Assembly: GCA_947085405.1 (NCBI GenBank)
Contig: CAMTWO010000022.1
Coordinates: 50,912 to 114,911 of the forward strand
Direction: 5' to 3'
DNA: 64,000 bases
Source: an uncultured Ignavibacteriota bacterium
GTDB taxonomy: Bacteria > Bacteroidota > Ignavibacteria > UBA10030 > BY39
The notes under the pieces are model-generated. The model was given only the letters and a program-made list of their open reading frames with translations, did no database searches and had not been told where the DNA came from. The position numbers were made by a program, and so were the translations under genes. Within the stretch, counting starts at the first letter, position 1. Each line of letters opens with the position of its first letter. Below are positions 19,568-29,100 of this stretch, piece after piece.

Positions 19568-21294
19568 TACTTTCGTACAACTGCAAATTTACCTACATAT
19601 TCTTTATTATTTAAAACCACAACATAAATATAAATACCGGATGATATTTTTATCCCGTCATTATCTTTTGCATCCCATTCGATTTTTTGTTCGTCATAAT
19701 CTTTTAAATAAATTAACGACATATCAGAACTAAAGATATATAATTTTGAAGCACCTAAAGATGGAAGCTCTATTTGAATTTTTCCGCCACCATCGATTAT
19801 ATAAGGATTGGGATAGACTATTAACGATGAGACGACAGGCGCATGCCCCACCGATGAGAAGGTCCAGTTATGAGGATCATTTACACTAATTTTTGCAAAC
19901 AAACCGGGGACTAATTCCCGATAACTTTCAAGATTACTTGTCCGCAGCAGCAATGTATATTTCTGATTATCTGTATTACCAGCTTGTGCGGCATCTTGAT
20001 TAATATTCGTAGTGATAATTGGAACCGGAGTTTCATTAAATAAAACTGGGAGATAAATGGAAGAAAACGTTCCTGTGCTGTCGATGTATGTGCGTGAGGT
20101 TCCGACCATTTCGATGGCTGCCCTCTCTTTAATCAACGGATAGCTTGAAGCTTCAGAATAATATTTTCCTGTTTGCGATCGGCTTGCAGTAAAGTAATTC
20201 CATTTTGCAAACTCAACAAATGCAATCCGTAAAGTTGAATTTACTTCAGTAAGGGCATCGTCGAGGGCTTTAATACTGCTAAAGCTACGCATACCTTCCC
20301 AAGTGCGGCGCATAACTGATGAAGAATATTTTTCTTGAACAAATTTTCCCCAAATTGCCCGACTGTATTCGATTAGCCCATCGGTTGCCACAAAGGCTTT
20401 GTTAGGTTCGGCAAAATGTCCGCGCGGTGCACCCGATGAATATTTGATGTACTGATAATAATCGTTTATATCGTTGTACAAAACATCTTCCATCCACGTA
20501 CTCGTTATTTCATAAAAGTAACGGTCGGCTTCACGATAACCGTAGCTTCCGAGTTGAATTGCGTGATGAAACTCGTGTGCCGCAGTAACCCGCAATCCCG
20601 GCAATCCACGGCTTGATGGATATACTGCAATAAAATCGTTATCGATTTCGATGTATGAAGAGTAACGCGGAGGAAATTCACCGGGGTTGATTGGAGCACC
20701 ATTCGGAACTGTTTGCCCGTATAAACCACCACCAAGTTCAGTTAGAACAATATTATATTTGCTGTCCCCTGATTCAAACGGCGGAGGTGCATATCCCATT
20801 TCATTAACGAAGGATGACCAAACGGAATTAAAAATCCGTAGTGTTGAATCGACATATTCAGAAATTACACGCATCGAGTCGGTATAGTTCTTAACATAAT
20901 TTGTGTCGCTGAGCATTCGTCGGGGCGGCGTTGTAAGCGTCAGTAACGAAGGGGTGTGATAACCAGTTGTATCGTAGTGAACTGTAAAATTCCCTGAACT
21001 CCTTGATGTTTGCCTATAGGGTTGTAATAATAATTCACTAAGCCGCTCCTGTAAATCTACAGACATATTGGGATAATTTTGTAAAATCTCGAATGTTAAA
21101 CCAAGTCCGCACTTTGGTTGATGCTCATCATCCGAAATTTTAATAGCATTTGTTTGTCGCCACTCTTTAATTTTTTCAACGAAGGACAGTTGTTCCGTGG
21201 TTGATAAAAATTGTTGAGCATGAACAAATCCTGAAGGAGTGTTTGCCGCAAGCAATACAATAATCAATAATATATTTGATAATATTTTAATCAC
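19567..21294 (-). CDS. Secreted putative zinc metalloprotease with a T9SS-type C-terminal domain
   Basis: Signal peptide, an HExxH motif (AAHEFHHAIQ) and a C-terminal beta-sandwich tail (VYPNPYII ... IEWDAKDNDG ... GIYIYVVV). Confidence 0.55.
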   Translation of the reverse strand: MIKILSNILLIIVLLAANTPSGFVHAQQFLSTTEQLSFVEKIKEWRQTNAIKISDDEHQPKCGLGLTFEILQNYPNMSVDLQERLSELLLQPYRQTSRSSGNFTVHYDTTGYHTPSLLTLTTPPRRMLSDTNYVKNYTDSMRVISEYVDSTLRIFNSVWSSFVNEMGYAPPPFESGDSKYNIVLTELGGGLYGQTVPNGAPINPGEFPPRYSSYIEIDNDFIAVYPSSRGLPGLRVTAAHEFHHAIQLGSYGYREADRYFYEITSTWMEDVLYNDINDYYQYIKYSSGAPRGHFAEPNKAFVATDGLIEYSRAIWGKFVQEKYSSSVMRRTWEGMRSFSSIKALDDALTEVNSTLRIAFVEFAKWNYFTASRSQTGKYYSEASSYPLIKERAAIEMVGTSRTYIDSTGTFSSIYLPVLFNETPVPIITTNINQDAAQAGNTDNQKYTLLLRTSNLESYRELVPGLFAKISVNDPHNWTFSSVGHAPVVSSLIVYPNPYIIDGGGKIQIELPSLGASKLYIFSSDMSLIYLKDYDEQKIEWDAKDNDGIKISSGIYIYVVVLNNKEYVGKFAVVRK

Positions 21295-23510
21295 TATTTT
21301 TGTCCGAACATTATTTTTACAATACCATCCTCAAAGTAACTTAATGCTAAATCAGGAATCGAATCGTTATTGAAATCGCTTACTACGAAACTGCTGACTG
21401 CTTCGATACCCATCAAACGTTCAGGCGGCAAAAAACTACCGTCGCCTTTTCCGGAATAAAGTTGCAGCGTACGGGTGTGGGAATTTGCAATTATCAAATC
21501 GTTTTTATTATCACCATCAAAATCACAAACCTGTACATCGGTAATGTTATTCATCTTTATGTTTTTTAATCTTTGGTGCGGTTGATAAAACGATGTATCG
21601 TTGTTGTTCAGTGATAGTAACAATTCTTTTGAACTTGGTGAATAAATAATCAAATCCTGATACTTATCGTTATTCAAATCACCTTTGGTGAACAGAACTT
21701 TTTCGATGGTAGTATCTTTAATTGAATAGTAACATTTTCCATTTGTAGGTTTTTGCGCGATGTTTGTTTTTTTAGAGCAAAGATTTAGAGAATTTTTGGA
21801 ATTTTCTTTCAAGTAAACAAAATTATTTCCAACAGATTGTGCATCATTTAAAACAAAACCGCCCCTGATGTTGGGAGTCTCTAAATTTAACAGCTCCTTC
21901 TCAAGATATTTTGTTTTACCAATCTGTTCGAAATTGAAGAATTGAAAGTACTTTTGTTCGGGTTCTGTTGCATTTACAAAAATATTTAAAAGACCGGTTG
22001 ATTTTGATACTTTAACATCCATAACTGTCGGAAACGGACTTGTTGATATCGCATAAGTCGAGCTGGTGTAATCGGTAAAATCAATTTCTGTAACAGCTAT
22101 CTGTGAAGTTGATGAATGCGAAGTAATTGCATACATCCGATCAGAATTTTTATGAAGGACTGTGAGAGCGTTTGGTTTTTCGCTTGCTGTCGGGAAACTT
22201 ACCTGCCCTGTAAAAACACCCCCGCCTTTGTTCTCAAAATAAGAAACAGATTTGGAACCTTGGTTAGCGAGAATTAAATCTATATTTCCGTTTTTTGTTA
22301 CATCGTACGCACGTAAACCGGTTGGATGTAATCCGGTAATGTAATTAGCTTCGCTTTTAATTGGAGAATATGAATTTGAATTATTAACCAGAAATATTTT
22401 TTTTTCAAGAGGTGATGCTATCGCAAGACTCAAATAATCCGATGTCCGATTATTAAAAAATAATACATCATTAGGATTTTTACCTGCACTATAAATAGTT
22501 CGCACAGCAAACATACCTGTTGTATCTTTTTGCCATAACGAAAGATATTCGAGCGATTTGTTGAATAATAGAAAATCGATTGAGCCAGTGTTATTAATAT
22601 CATCAGCCAATATTTTATCGACAGGATACAGGAGTTCTAAATTTTGATAGAGTTCAAAATTTCCGAAGCCATTACCTAAAAAAGTTTTCAATATGGGTTT
22701 ATCTTTAAAAATGACAATCAAATCGATTAAATCATCAAGGTTGATGAATGCAGAGACTACTTCAAGAGGTTCATCGCTGAAAGTTATAGTGGAAGGCAAA
22801 AGGTATCTTAACTTTGCATAGGATGAAAATAATTGTACTTCATTTGAAACCCAGTTAACACAAAAAAGATCAGGCAGGTCGTCGCCGTTAAAATCATTTA
22901 CGCTAACTGAACTGAAAGAATAATCGGATAAAACATTCTGAGGTGGTTTGAATGTACCATCGCCGCGACCTAATAAAACAGTTAAACCGAGAACATTTTT
23001 ACCATAGAGTAAAATATCTCCATTCCCGTCATAATTTATATCCGCAGTTTTAATGAAATCGTAACTCTGTTTCAATTCAGCTTTCCATTTATAAACTAGA
23101 GTATCGGGTTGCCGCGAAAGGTATATTTTCATTAATCGCTTATCCGAAGCTAAAGCAGCAAAATCATCTCGCCCATCTTTGTTAAAATCGGCGGTTACAG
23201 CACTCATAATTTTAAAATCAGTTAAAAACGATTTTGTGTCCCATTCGGTAGAATCGTTTATAGAATAAGAAACAGAAATAAATTTAGAACCATACGAGGC
23301 AATATCAGTAACACCATCGCCGTTAAAATCGCATCTGAGCAAATATTCGTTTCCCCTGCTAACATTCAGTCCGTTCACAGTAGAGAAAGTGGAGACATGT
23401 CTTTGAGAATACACAACCGATAGTTCAAGGAAATTTATAATGAACAAACTTAACAATATTTTGCGTGGATTCTGGAAAGGAGAAGAAAATATATCGAAAG
23501 TGAAAACCAT
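21294..23510 (-). CDS. FG-GAP/VCBS repeat protein
   Basis: Repeated motifs DFNGDGVTDI, DFNKDGRDDF, DINYDGNGDI, DFNGDDLPDL, DFDGDNKNDL and DFNNDSIPDL are spread across 738 aa. Confidence 0.75.
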   Translation of the reverse strand: MVFTFDIFSSPFQNPRKILLSLFIINFLELSVVYSQRHVSTFSTVNGLNVSRGNEYLLRCDFNGDGVTDIASYGSKFISVSYSINDSTEWDTKSFLTDFKIMSAVTADFNKDGRDDFAALASDKRLMKIYLSRQPDTLVYKWKAELKQSYDFIKTADINYDGNGDILLYGKNVLGLTVLLGRGDGTFKPPQNVLSDYSFSSVSVNDFNGDDLPDLFCVNWVSNEVQLFSSYAKLRYLLPSTITFSDEPLEVVSAFINLDDLIDLIVIFKDKPILKTFLGNGFGNFELYQNLELLYPVDKILADDINNTGSIDFLLFNKSLEYLSLWQKDTTGMFAVRTIYSAGKNPNDVLFFNNRTSDYLSLAIASPLEKKIFLVNNSNSYSPIKSEANYITGLHPTGLRAYDVTKNGNIDLILANQGSKSVSYFENKGGGVFTGQVSFPTASEKPNALTVLHKNSDRMYAITSHSSTSQIAVTEIDFTDYTSSTYAISTSPFPTVMDVKVSKSTGLLNIFVNATEPEQKYFQFFNFEQIGKTKYLEKELLNLETPNIRGGFVLNDAQSVGNNFVYLKENSKNSLNLCSKKTNIAQKPTNGKCYYSIKDTTIEKVLFTKGDLNNDKYQDLIIYSPSSKELLLSLNNNDTSFYQPHQRLKNIKMNNITDVQVCDFDGDNKNDLIIANSHTRTLQLYSGKGDGSFLPPERLMGIEAVSSFVVSDFNNDSIPDLALSYFEDGIVKIMFGQK

Positions 23511-23520
23511 TATTTTGTAA

Positions 23521-24003
23521 CTACGAACCTCCAGTTCGAATACTCGATAATCGATGCTTTCGTCGGATAGCTGCCTCTTTATAACGACGTTTCTCTTCTT
23601 TGGATTGGGGTTTTATAGTGCAGACCTTTACCCGGTTTTTAAGTTCGTCGAGCGCAACAAAAGTAAAATAAGCGCTGTTAGCGACGTTTGATTCGCCGGT
23701 AAGCTGATTTTCAGCAATCACCTTTACACCTACTTCCAAAGAAGTATTAAAAGCCCGATTGACCGATGCTTTTAAGTTAACAATTTCACCCAATCTGATT
23801 GGATGATGAAACTCCATTTGATCGACAGCGGCAGTTACGCAAACACGATTCGTGTGACGTTGTGCTGCAATTGCTGCAGCAATATCCATCCAGTGCATTA
23901 ATCGACCGCCTAATAAATTTCCCAACTGATTGGTATCGTTCGGAAGGACAAGCTCGGTCATTTCTATCTGAGATTCCTTCACATTTTTACAAGCCTTTTT
24001 CAT
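23521..24003 (-). CDS. Acyl-CoA thioesterase (hotdog fold, YciA-like)
   Basis: ELVLPNDTNQLGNLLGGRLMHWMDIAAAIAAQRH is the typical acyl-CoA hydrolase N-terminal block. Confidence 0.8.
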   Translation of the reverse strand: MKKACKNVKESQIEMTELVLPNDTNQLGNLLGGRLMHWMDIAAAIAAQRHTNRVCVTAAVDQMEFHHPIRLGEIVNLKASVNRAFNTSLEVGVKVIAENQLTGESNVANSAYFTFVALDELKNRVKVCTIKPQSKEEKRRYKEAAIRRKHRLSSIRTGGS

Positions 24004-24755
24004 AACGAACCTTTGAGTAATGAATCTATTTTCCCTCGATATGTTGTATTAGGATAACGTGAAAATAGTTTTTCGGCTTCAGCAAAAGCTTCTTCGCGTT
24101 TTTTACGTTTCATCAAAGCTTCGATTTTGCCAACGTAAGATTTTTCAGCATATTGGCTATCGTGAAAATTTTCTAAAACATTATCGAAATATATGGTCGC
24201 CGCTTTGTAATATTCCATTTTCATGTAAAGAACGGCTGTCTGATATTCCTTTTCAGCTAGCCTATCGCGTAACTCATAAATTTTGGTTTCAGCGTTCGGA
24301 ACTAATGTATCGGCAGGAAAATATTCGATGAATGCTTGAAACTCATCGATGGCTTTTAACGCAAAAGATTGATCAAGAGAATATTTTGGTGAAAGCTGAT
24401 AATTACACAATGCAATTTTGTATTGAGCTTGCGGCACTAACGGACTGGCGGGCATATTTTTTTTTAGAACTTCATACTCATAAGAAGCGAGCAAATACTC
24501 TTCTCGCATGAAACGGCATTCACCCAGATAAAACTGTGCATCATCGGAAACTGCACTACCGGGAAACTGCAATGTTATTACAGTGAACTCGTTGATTGCC
24601 TCGAGATAATTTTCATCATTAAACTCGTTCATTCCTAATTCAAAATGCTCTTCGGCAGTTAAACTCTTTTCTACTTTCGATGAACTGCACGAAATATATA
24701 ATGTTAATGTTGTAATAGATAAAATAATTTTTATTATCGAAAAATATAATTTCAT
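24000..24755 (-). CDS. bamD: TPR lipoprotein, outer membrane protein assembly factor BamD-like
   Basis: Lipobox (LYISCSS), TPR-like repeats and size/composition typical of BamD (YfiO). Confidence 0.6.
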   Translation of the reverse strand: MKLYFSIIKIILSITTLTLYISCSSSKVEKSLTAEEHFELGMNEFNDENYLEAINEFTVITLQFPGSAVSDDAQFYLGECRFMREEYLLASYEYEVLKKNMPASPLVPQAQYKIALCNYQLSPKYSLDQSFALKAIDEFQAFIEYFPADTLVPNAETKIYELRDRLAEKEYQTAVLYMKMEYYKAATIYFDNVLENFHDSQYAEKSYVGKIEALMKRKKREEAFAEAEKLFSRYPNTTYRGKIDSLLKGSL

Positions 24756-24761
24756 GTTTAA

Positions 24762-25400
24762 TTAATTCCTTAAAGTGAAAAATAAATAAGTGATTACTGC
24801 GACAGTTGAAACAACGACGGAAGGAATAATCAATCTTTCGATTATACTGTCGTCGGGAATTATTCCCTTTGTTGCGGGAATATTTTGTTCTTCTAAACTG
24901 CTTATTGAACTGAATAAAACAGTGTCTTTATATGTAGTATAAATTGGTTGTATAACTTTCTTATTATTTTGAACAATAATCTTACCCGATAATTCTATTC
25001 CGATTGTGCGGGATACTTTCTTGTTTCCTAAAAAACCATCTCTATAAATATCTGAATAAGTTACAAATAACCTTGATACTGCACCCTCGATTTGCATTTG
25101 TGAACCTGTACCGGAAGCGAGAAGCGGCACATCAATAATATTATTATCTTGCAATGTTCTTATTATCTGGTGTTCAACAAACCAATCGTTAGGTGTTGAA
25201 ATCATCCCAAATGTTATCGAATCTCCCTGTTTTAGCCCGTTTTGATATATCAACGAATCCGCAAGGTTTGAAGATAACATTTGAAATATCTCATAATTTG
25301 ATTTCTGAGTATTTTCTACAATAATTTGAGAGAAACTAATTGAAGAGAGGAATACGACATTTACTATTACACAGTTAATATTTCTCAAAATATTTTGCAT
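24762..25400 (-). CDS. Hypothetical protein with an N-terminal signal/anchor and a C-terminal TM helix
   Basis: ORF only; no family recognised. It is co-directional with bamD and closely spaced to it. Confidence 0.45.
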   Translation of the reverse strand: MQNILRNINCVIVNVVFLSSISFSQIIVENTQKSNYEIFQMLSSNLADSLIYQNGLKQGDSITFGMISTPNDWFVEHQIIRTLQDNNIIDVPLLASGTGSQMQIEGAVSRLFVTYSDIYRDGFLGNKKVSRTIGIELSGKIIVQNNKKVIQPIYTTYKDTVLFSSISSLEEQNIPATKGIIPDDSIIERLIIPSVVVSTVAVITYLFFTLRN

Positions 25401-25446
25401 TTCTGGCTTCTAATTTACAAAAATATGAATCGAATTACAATTTACG

Positions 25447-26124
25447 TTATTCTGTTAAATCTATCATTTTTATCCCTTTGATGTAAGTGATAGTTTTGTC
25501 CTGCTTCAAATTTTTTATCTTTTCGAATTTAGAAATAACCCTCTGAAAGTTATCGTTTATAATTTTCAAATAGGGTTTTACCTCCTCATTATCGGTAATA
25601 GAATTGAGTTGTTGCACTTGTTCGCTAATGGTTTGCAGCGGTTCAGAAATGTTTTTCACCACCTGAGCTACAATATTCTGCAATATTTCGACACGTTTTT
25701 GTTTTACTTCCAAATCCATCAATTGGTTTTTTAATTTCTGTTTTTCTAAAATTTCGATAATCGTTTTAGGAAGCACCGGCGAAGTAATTTCTTCTTTGAC
25801 CAAATAATCATCGACCTTGTAGCGTAGTACTTCGAGAGCCAATTCAAAATCTTTATTTACTGTCAGAAATATTATCGGTAAATTAATATGCTTTTCTTGC
25901 ATCGCTTTAGTGATTTCCAGTCCGTTCATTCCCGGTAAGAAATAATCCATCAGCACAATGTCGATTTCTTTGTTGCTCTCTGCTTCTTGCAGAGCCGCCG
26001 TGCCGTTTTCACGCCAAATTATTATGAATTTATCTTTTTCAAATTTTTTTAAATAAATCTCTACCAATCTCGCAAAATCTTTGTTATCTTCAACGAGCAA
26101 TATAACAATTTTATTTTCTTGCAT
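25447..26124 (-). CDS. Response regulator (REC domain) with a coiled-coil C-terminal region and no recognised output domain
   Basis: VEDNKDFARL...DIVLMDYFLPGMNGLE...IIFLT is a REC pattern. The C-terminal ~100 aa are helical and Gln/Lys/Glu rich. Confidence 0.85.
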   Translation of the reverse strand: MQENKIVILLVEDNKDFARLVEIYLKKFEKDKFIIIWRENGTAALQEAESNKEIDIVLMDYFLPGMNGLEITKAMQEKHINLPIIFLTVNKDFELALEVLRYKVDDYLVKEEITSPVLPKTIIEILEKQKLKNQLMDLEVKQKRVEILQNIVAQVVKNISEPLQTISEQVQQLNSITDNEEVKPYLKIINDNFQRVISKFEKIKNLKQDKTITYIKGIKMIDLTE

Positions 26125-26140
26125 ATAGGCTTCTCATTTC

Positions 26141-29100
26141 TTATTGGTTAAGAACTTTTGGCAGTGTAAAATAGAAGGTAGTACCTTTGCCAATTTTTGA
26201 CTCTACCCATATCTTACATCTGTGCATTTCGATAATTTTTTTTACGATAGCTAATCCGGCGCCGGTACCTTCGTATTCTTCTTTACTATGCAGCCGCTGA
26301 AATATTACAAATATTTTTTCAAAATACTTCTCTTCGATTCCTATTCCATTATCTTTAACAAAGCAAAGATATTTTTCGTCATCGTAATCGCTGCAACCAA
26401 TTTCTACTTCAGGTAAATCTGTATTCAGAAATTTGATTGCGTTAGATAACAGATTTCTAAAAACGATTTTTAGTTGTGTCGCATTGCCGAATACTTCGGG
26501 CAGGAAGTCCGGTTTTATTAACTTTACTCCTTTTGATTGAATCGCATACAACAAATCAATTTCCACATCATCGATAACGCTTGCAATTTTAACTTCTTTA
26601 AACGATTCTGATACACGTCCGATTCTCGAAAGCATTAGCAGGTCATCAATTAAATTTTTCATTCTTGAAGATGCCTGAACTATCGAGTGTAAAAACTCAG
26701 CCGGATCCCCTTTCAGGATAGACGAATATTCTTCATTCAAAATTTGACTGTATCCTTCGATACTGATAAGTGGCTCTTTCAAATCGTGCGAAACGACATA
26801 GGTAAAGTCGTCGAGTTCCCGATTTCGCCGTTGGATTTCTAATGATTTCTGAACAGTTTCATCGTATAATTTGGATTTCTCGATAGCCATTGCTGTTAAA
26901 CTGCAAACATTTTCTAACAAACGAAGCTCGGTATCAGAATAAGTATGTGTCTTCGATTTCAACGAGAGTAACCCTGTAACATTATTTTTAGAAACCATAG
27001 GAATGTAAGTCAGTATTTCGCCCATTCCGTTAATTTGCGATAATGATTGCTTATCAGTAATGACTTTCCAAACCGGAGAGCCAACTTTGATGCTCATCTG
27101 TTGATTTATTTTAGGCAGGTAAATTTTATCACCGGCAACAGTCGCAATATGCATTACAGTTGACTGAGCCATCCTTGATTCATCTATTAAATTAATAAAG
27201 AATTCTTCAAAATCAATTATCTTTGCGAGTTGTTCGTAAACATTATTTAAGACTTGATCAATGTCTAAAGTAGCGGTCAAGTGCTGGCTTAATTCGTATA
27301 AAATATTCAGTCTCTCTAATTGTGATTGCAATTCAGAGTATAATAACGCATTCTCGATTGAGGTTCCGAGTTGGTTACCGATTAAAAAAAGCAGTTGTGT
27401 TTCCTGTGTTGTAAATTCGTATGATTCTTTGAAGAACATCTGTATAATACCGACCGTTTTGTCTCCTGATTTCAAGGATATTTCTGCAAGGGCAGAAACT
27501 TGAATATCTTTTAGATAATTTTTAATTACTTCAGATACTCGCGAATCATATTTAACATCGTTATTAATAAACAAGTGTGTCCGATTAAATGGCAATCCTT
27601 CGATTTTCAACGGTAGATTGTTGAAAGATTCAGGTAACCCAATTTGTTTTCTAAGAGTTAAAAAATTATTCTGCACATCGGCAAGAAATAATAAAATATA
27701 ATCAGCTTTGTTAAAACGTATGATATGAGGTAAAGCTGTATTGAAAATTGTTTCAAGATTGAAAGAGGATGAAATGTTAGTGGAAATTACATTCAAGTCA
27801 AGCAGTTGTTCATTACGTTTTTTAAGTTCCTCTTCAGTTCGTTTCAGATCAGTAATATCTGTCTGTGTAAAAACAGCTCCAGTAATTCTTCCACCGATAA
27901 TCATCGGATGAATAGTAAGATAGTAATTATAACGCTCGGAATCAGTTTTGAATTCGAATTCCTTGTTGACATATTTTAAGGAACCATCAAGAATATTTTT
28001 TGATAGCTGAACGTATTCGTCAGTAAAAATATTATCAGGAATTTCATCAAGCAAAAATGCGCCGGCATAAGACTTCTTCGATTCGCCACGTACTTTGGTG
28101 ATGAAGTCGAACCATGCTTTGTTGACCTCTTTAATTCGTAAATCGGTATCGACTGTGAAAATAACTTTATCGATGGAGTTTAGGAGATTGTGTATGTATG
28201 CCGCATCGTCGCTGACTTTCCGGAATAACAAAATGCGGTCAATAATCGCTCCGATCTGTTCAACAAAAGGTTTAATTTTTTCGAGCACATTCTCACTGAA
28301 TGCATTTGCTTCCTGTGAATAAAGATTGATTGTTCCGAGAATTTCACCCTTAGACAAAAATGGAGCAGATATTAAAGAATTGTATTCCGTTTCAACAACA
28401 TTATGTATGATGAATCTTTCATCGACATTCACATCTAATGAAACGATGGGCTTTTTGATATACAAGGCAATTTTTGAAATGCTGCTATTCAAATCCTTGA
28501 TAGAACCGGAACTGAATGCATCAGCCGGTTTTACAATTTCGCCTAAAGTAATTACCTGATTGTCGTTCAGTAAACAGGTTTCGATACGGTCGTACGGAAT
28601 TATTTCATAAACTTTGTTTGCAAAAACCTGAAATATCTTTTCATAATCCATAGTTTGGTTAGCAGTTTGGATTATTTGATTAATTGCTTCTATCAGTTTA
28701 TTGCGATCTGCTAACTCTAATGCCATCCTGTAACGTTCGGATATGTTGCGTGCAAGATTCAGCATCGCTATCGGTTCACCGTAGGCATTACGAAGCAGTG
28801 TTGTATTCAAACTTACCGGAATTTTTTCACCATCCTTTGTTTGCCAGGTCATATCAAAATCGTGGAGATAATTCTTCGACCTTAAACTCGAAATCCAAAT
28901 CACGAATCGGTTCATTTCTTCTTCAAGCAGCCAGGGGTAAGGGAATTCTTTTCCGGCAGCTTCCGATTTTGTAAAACCAAGCGCATTGGTAAATTCTTTG
29001 TTTACCTGAAGCACCCGTCCTCGCAAATCAGTCAGGACGAACAAATCGCCCATCGTATCGATAACGTTACGTAAAAGCTGTTCGGAATTTTTGATATCCT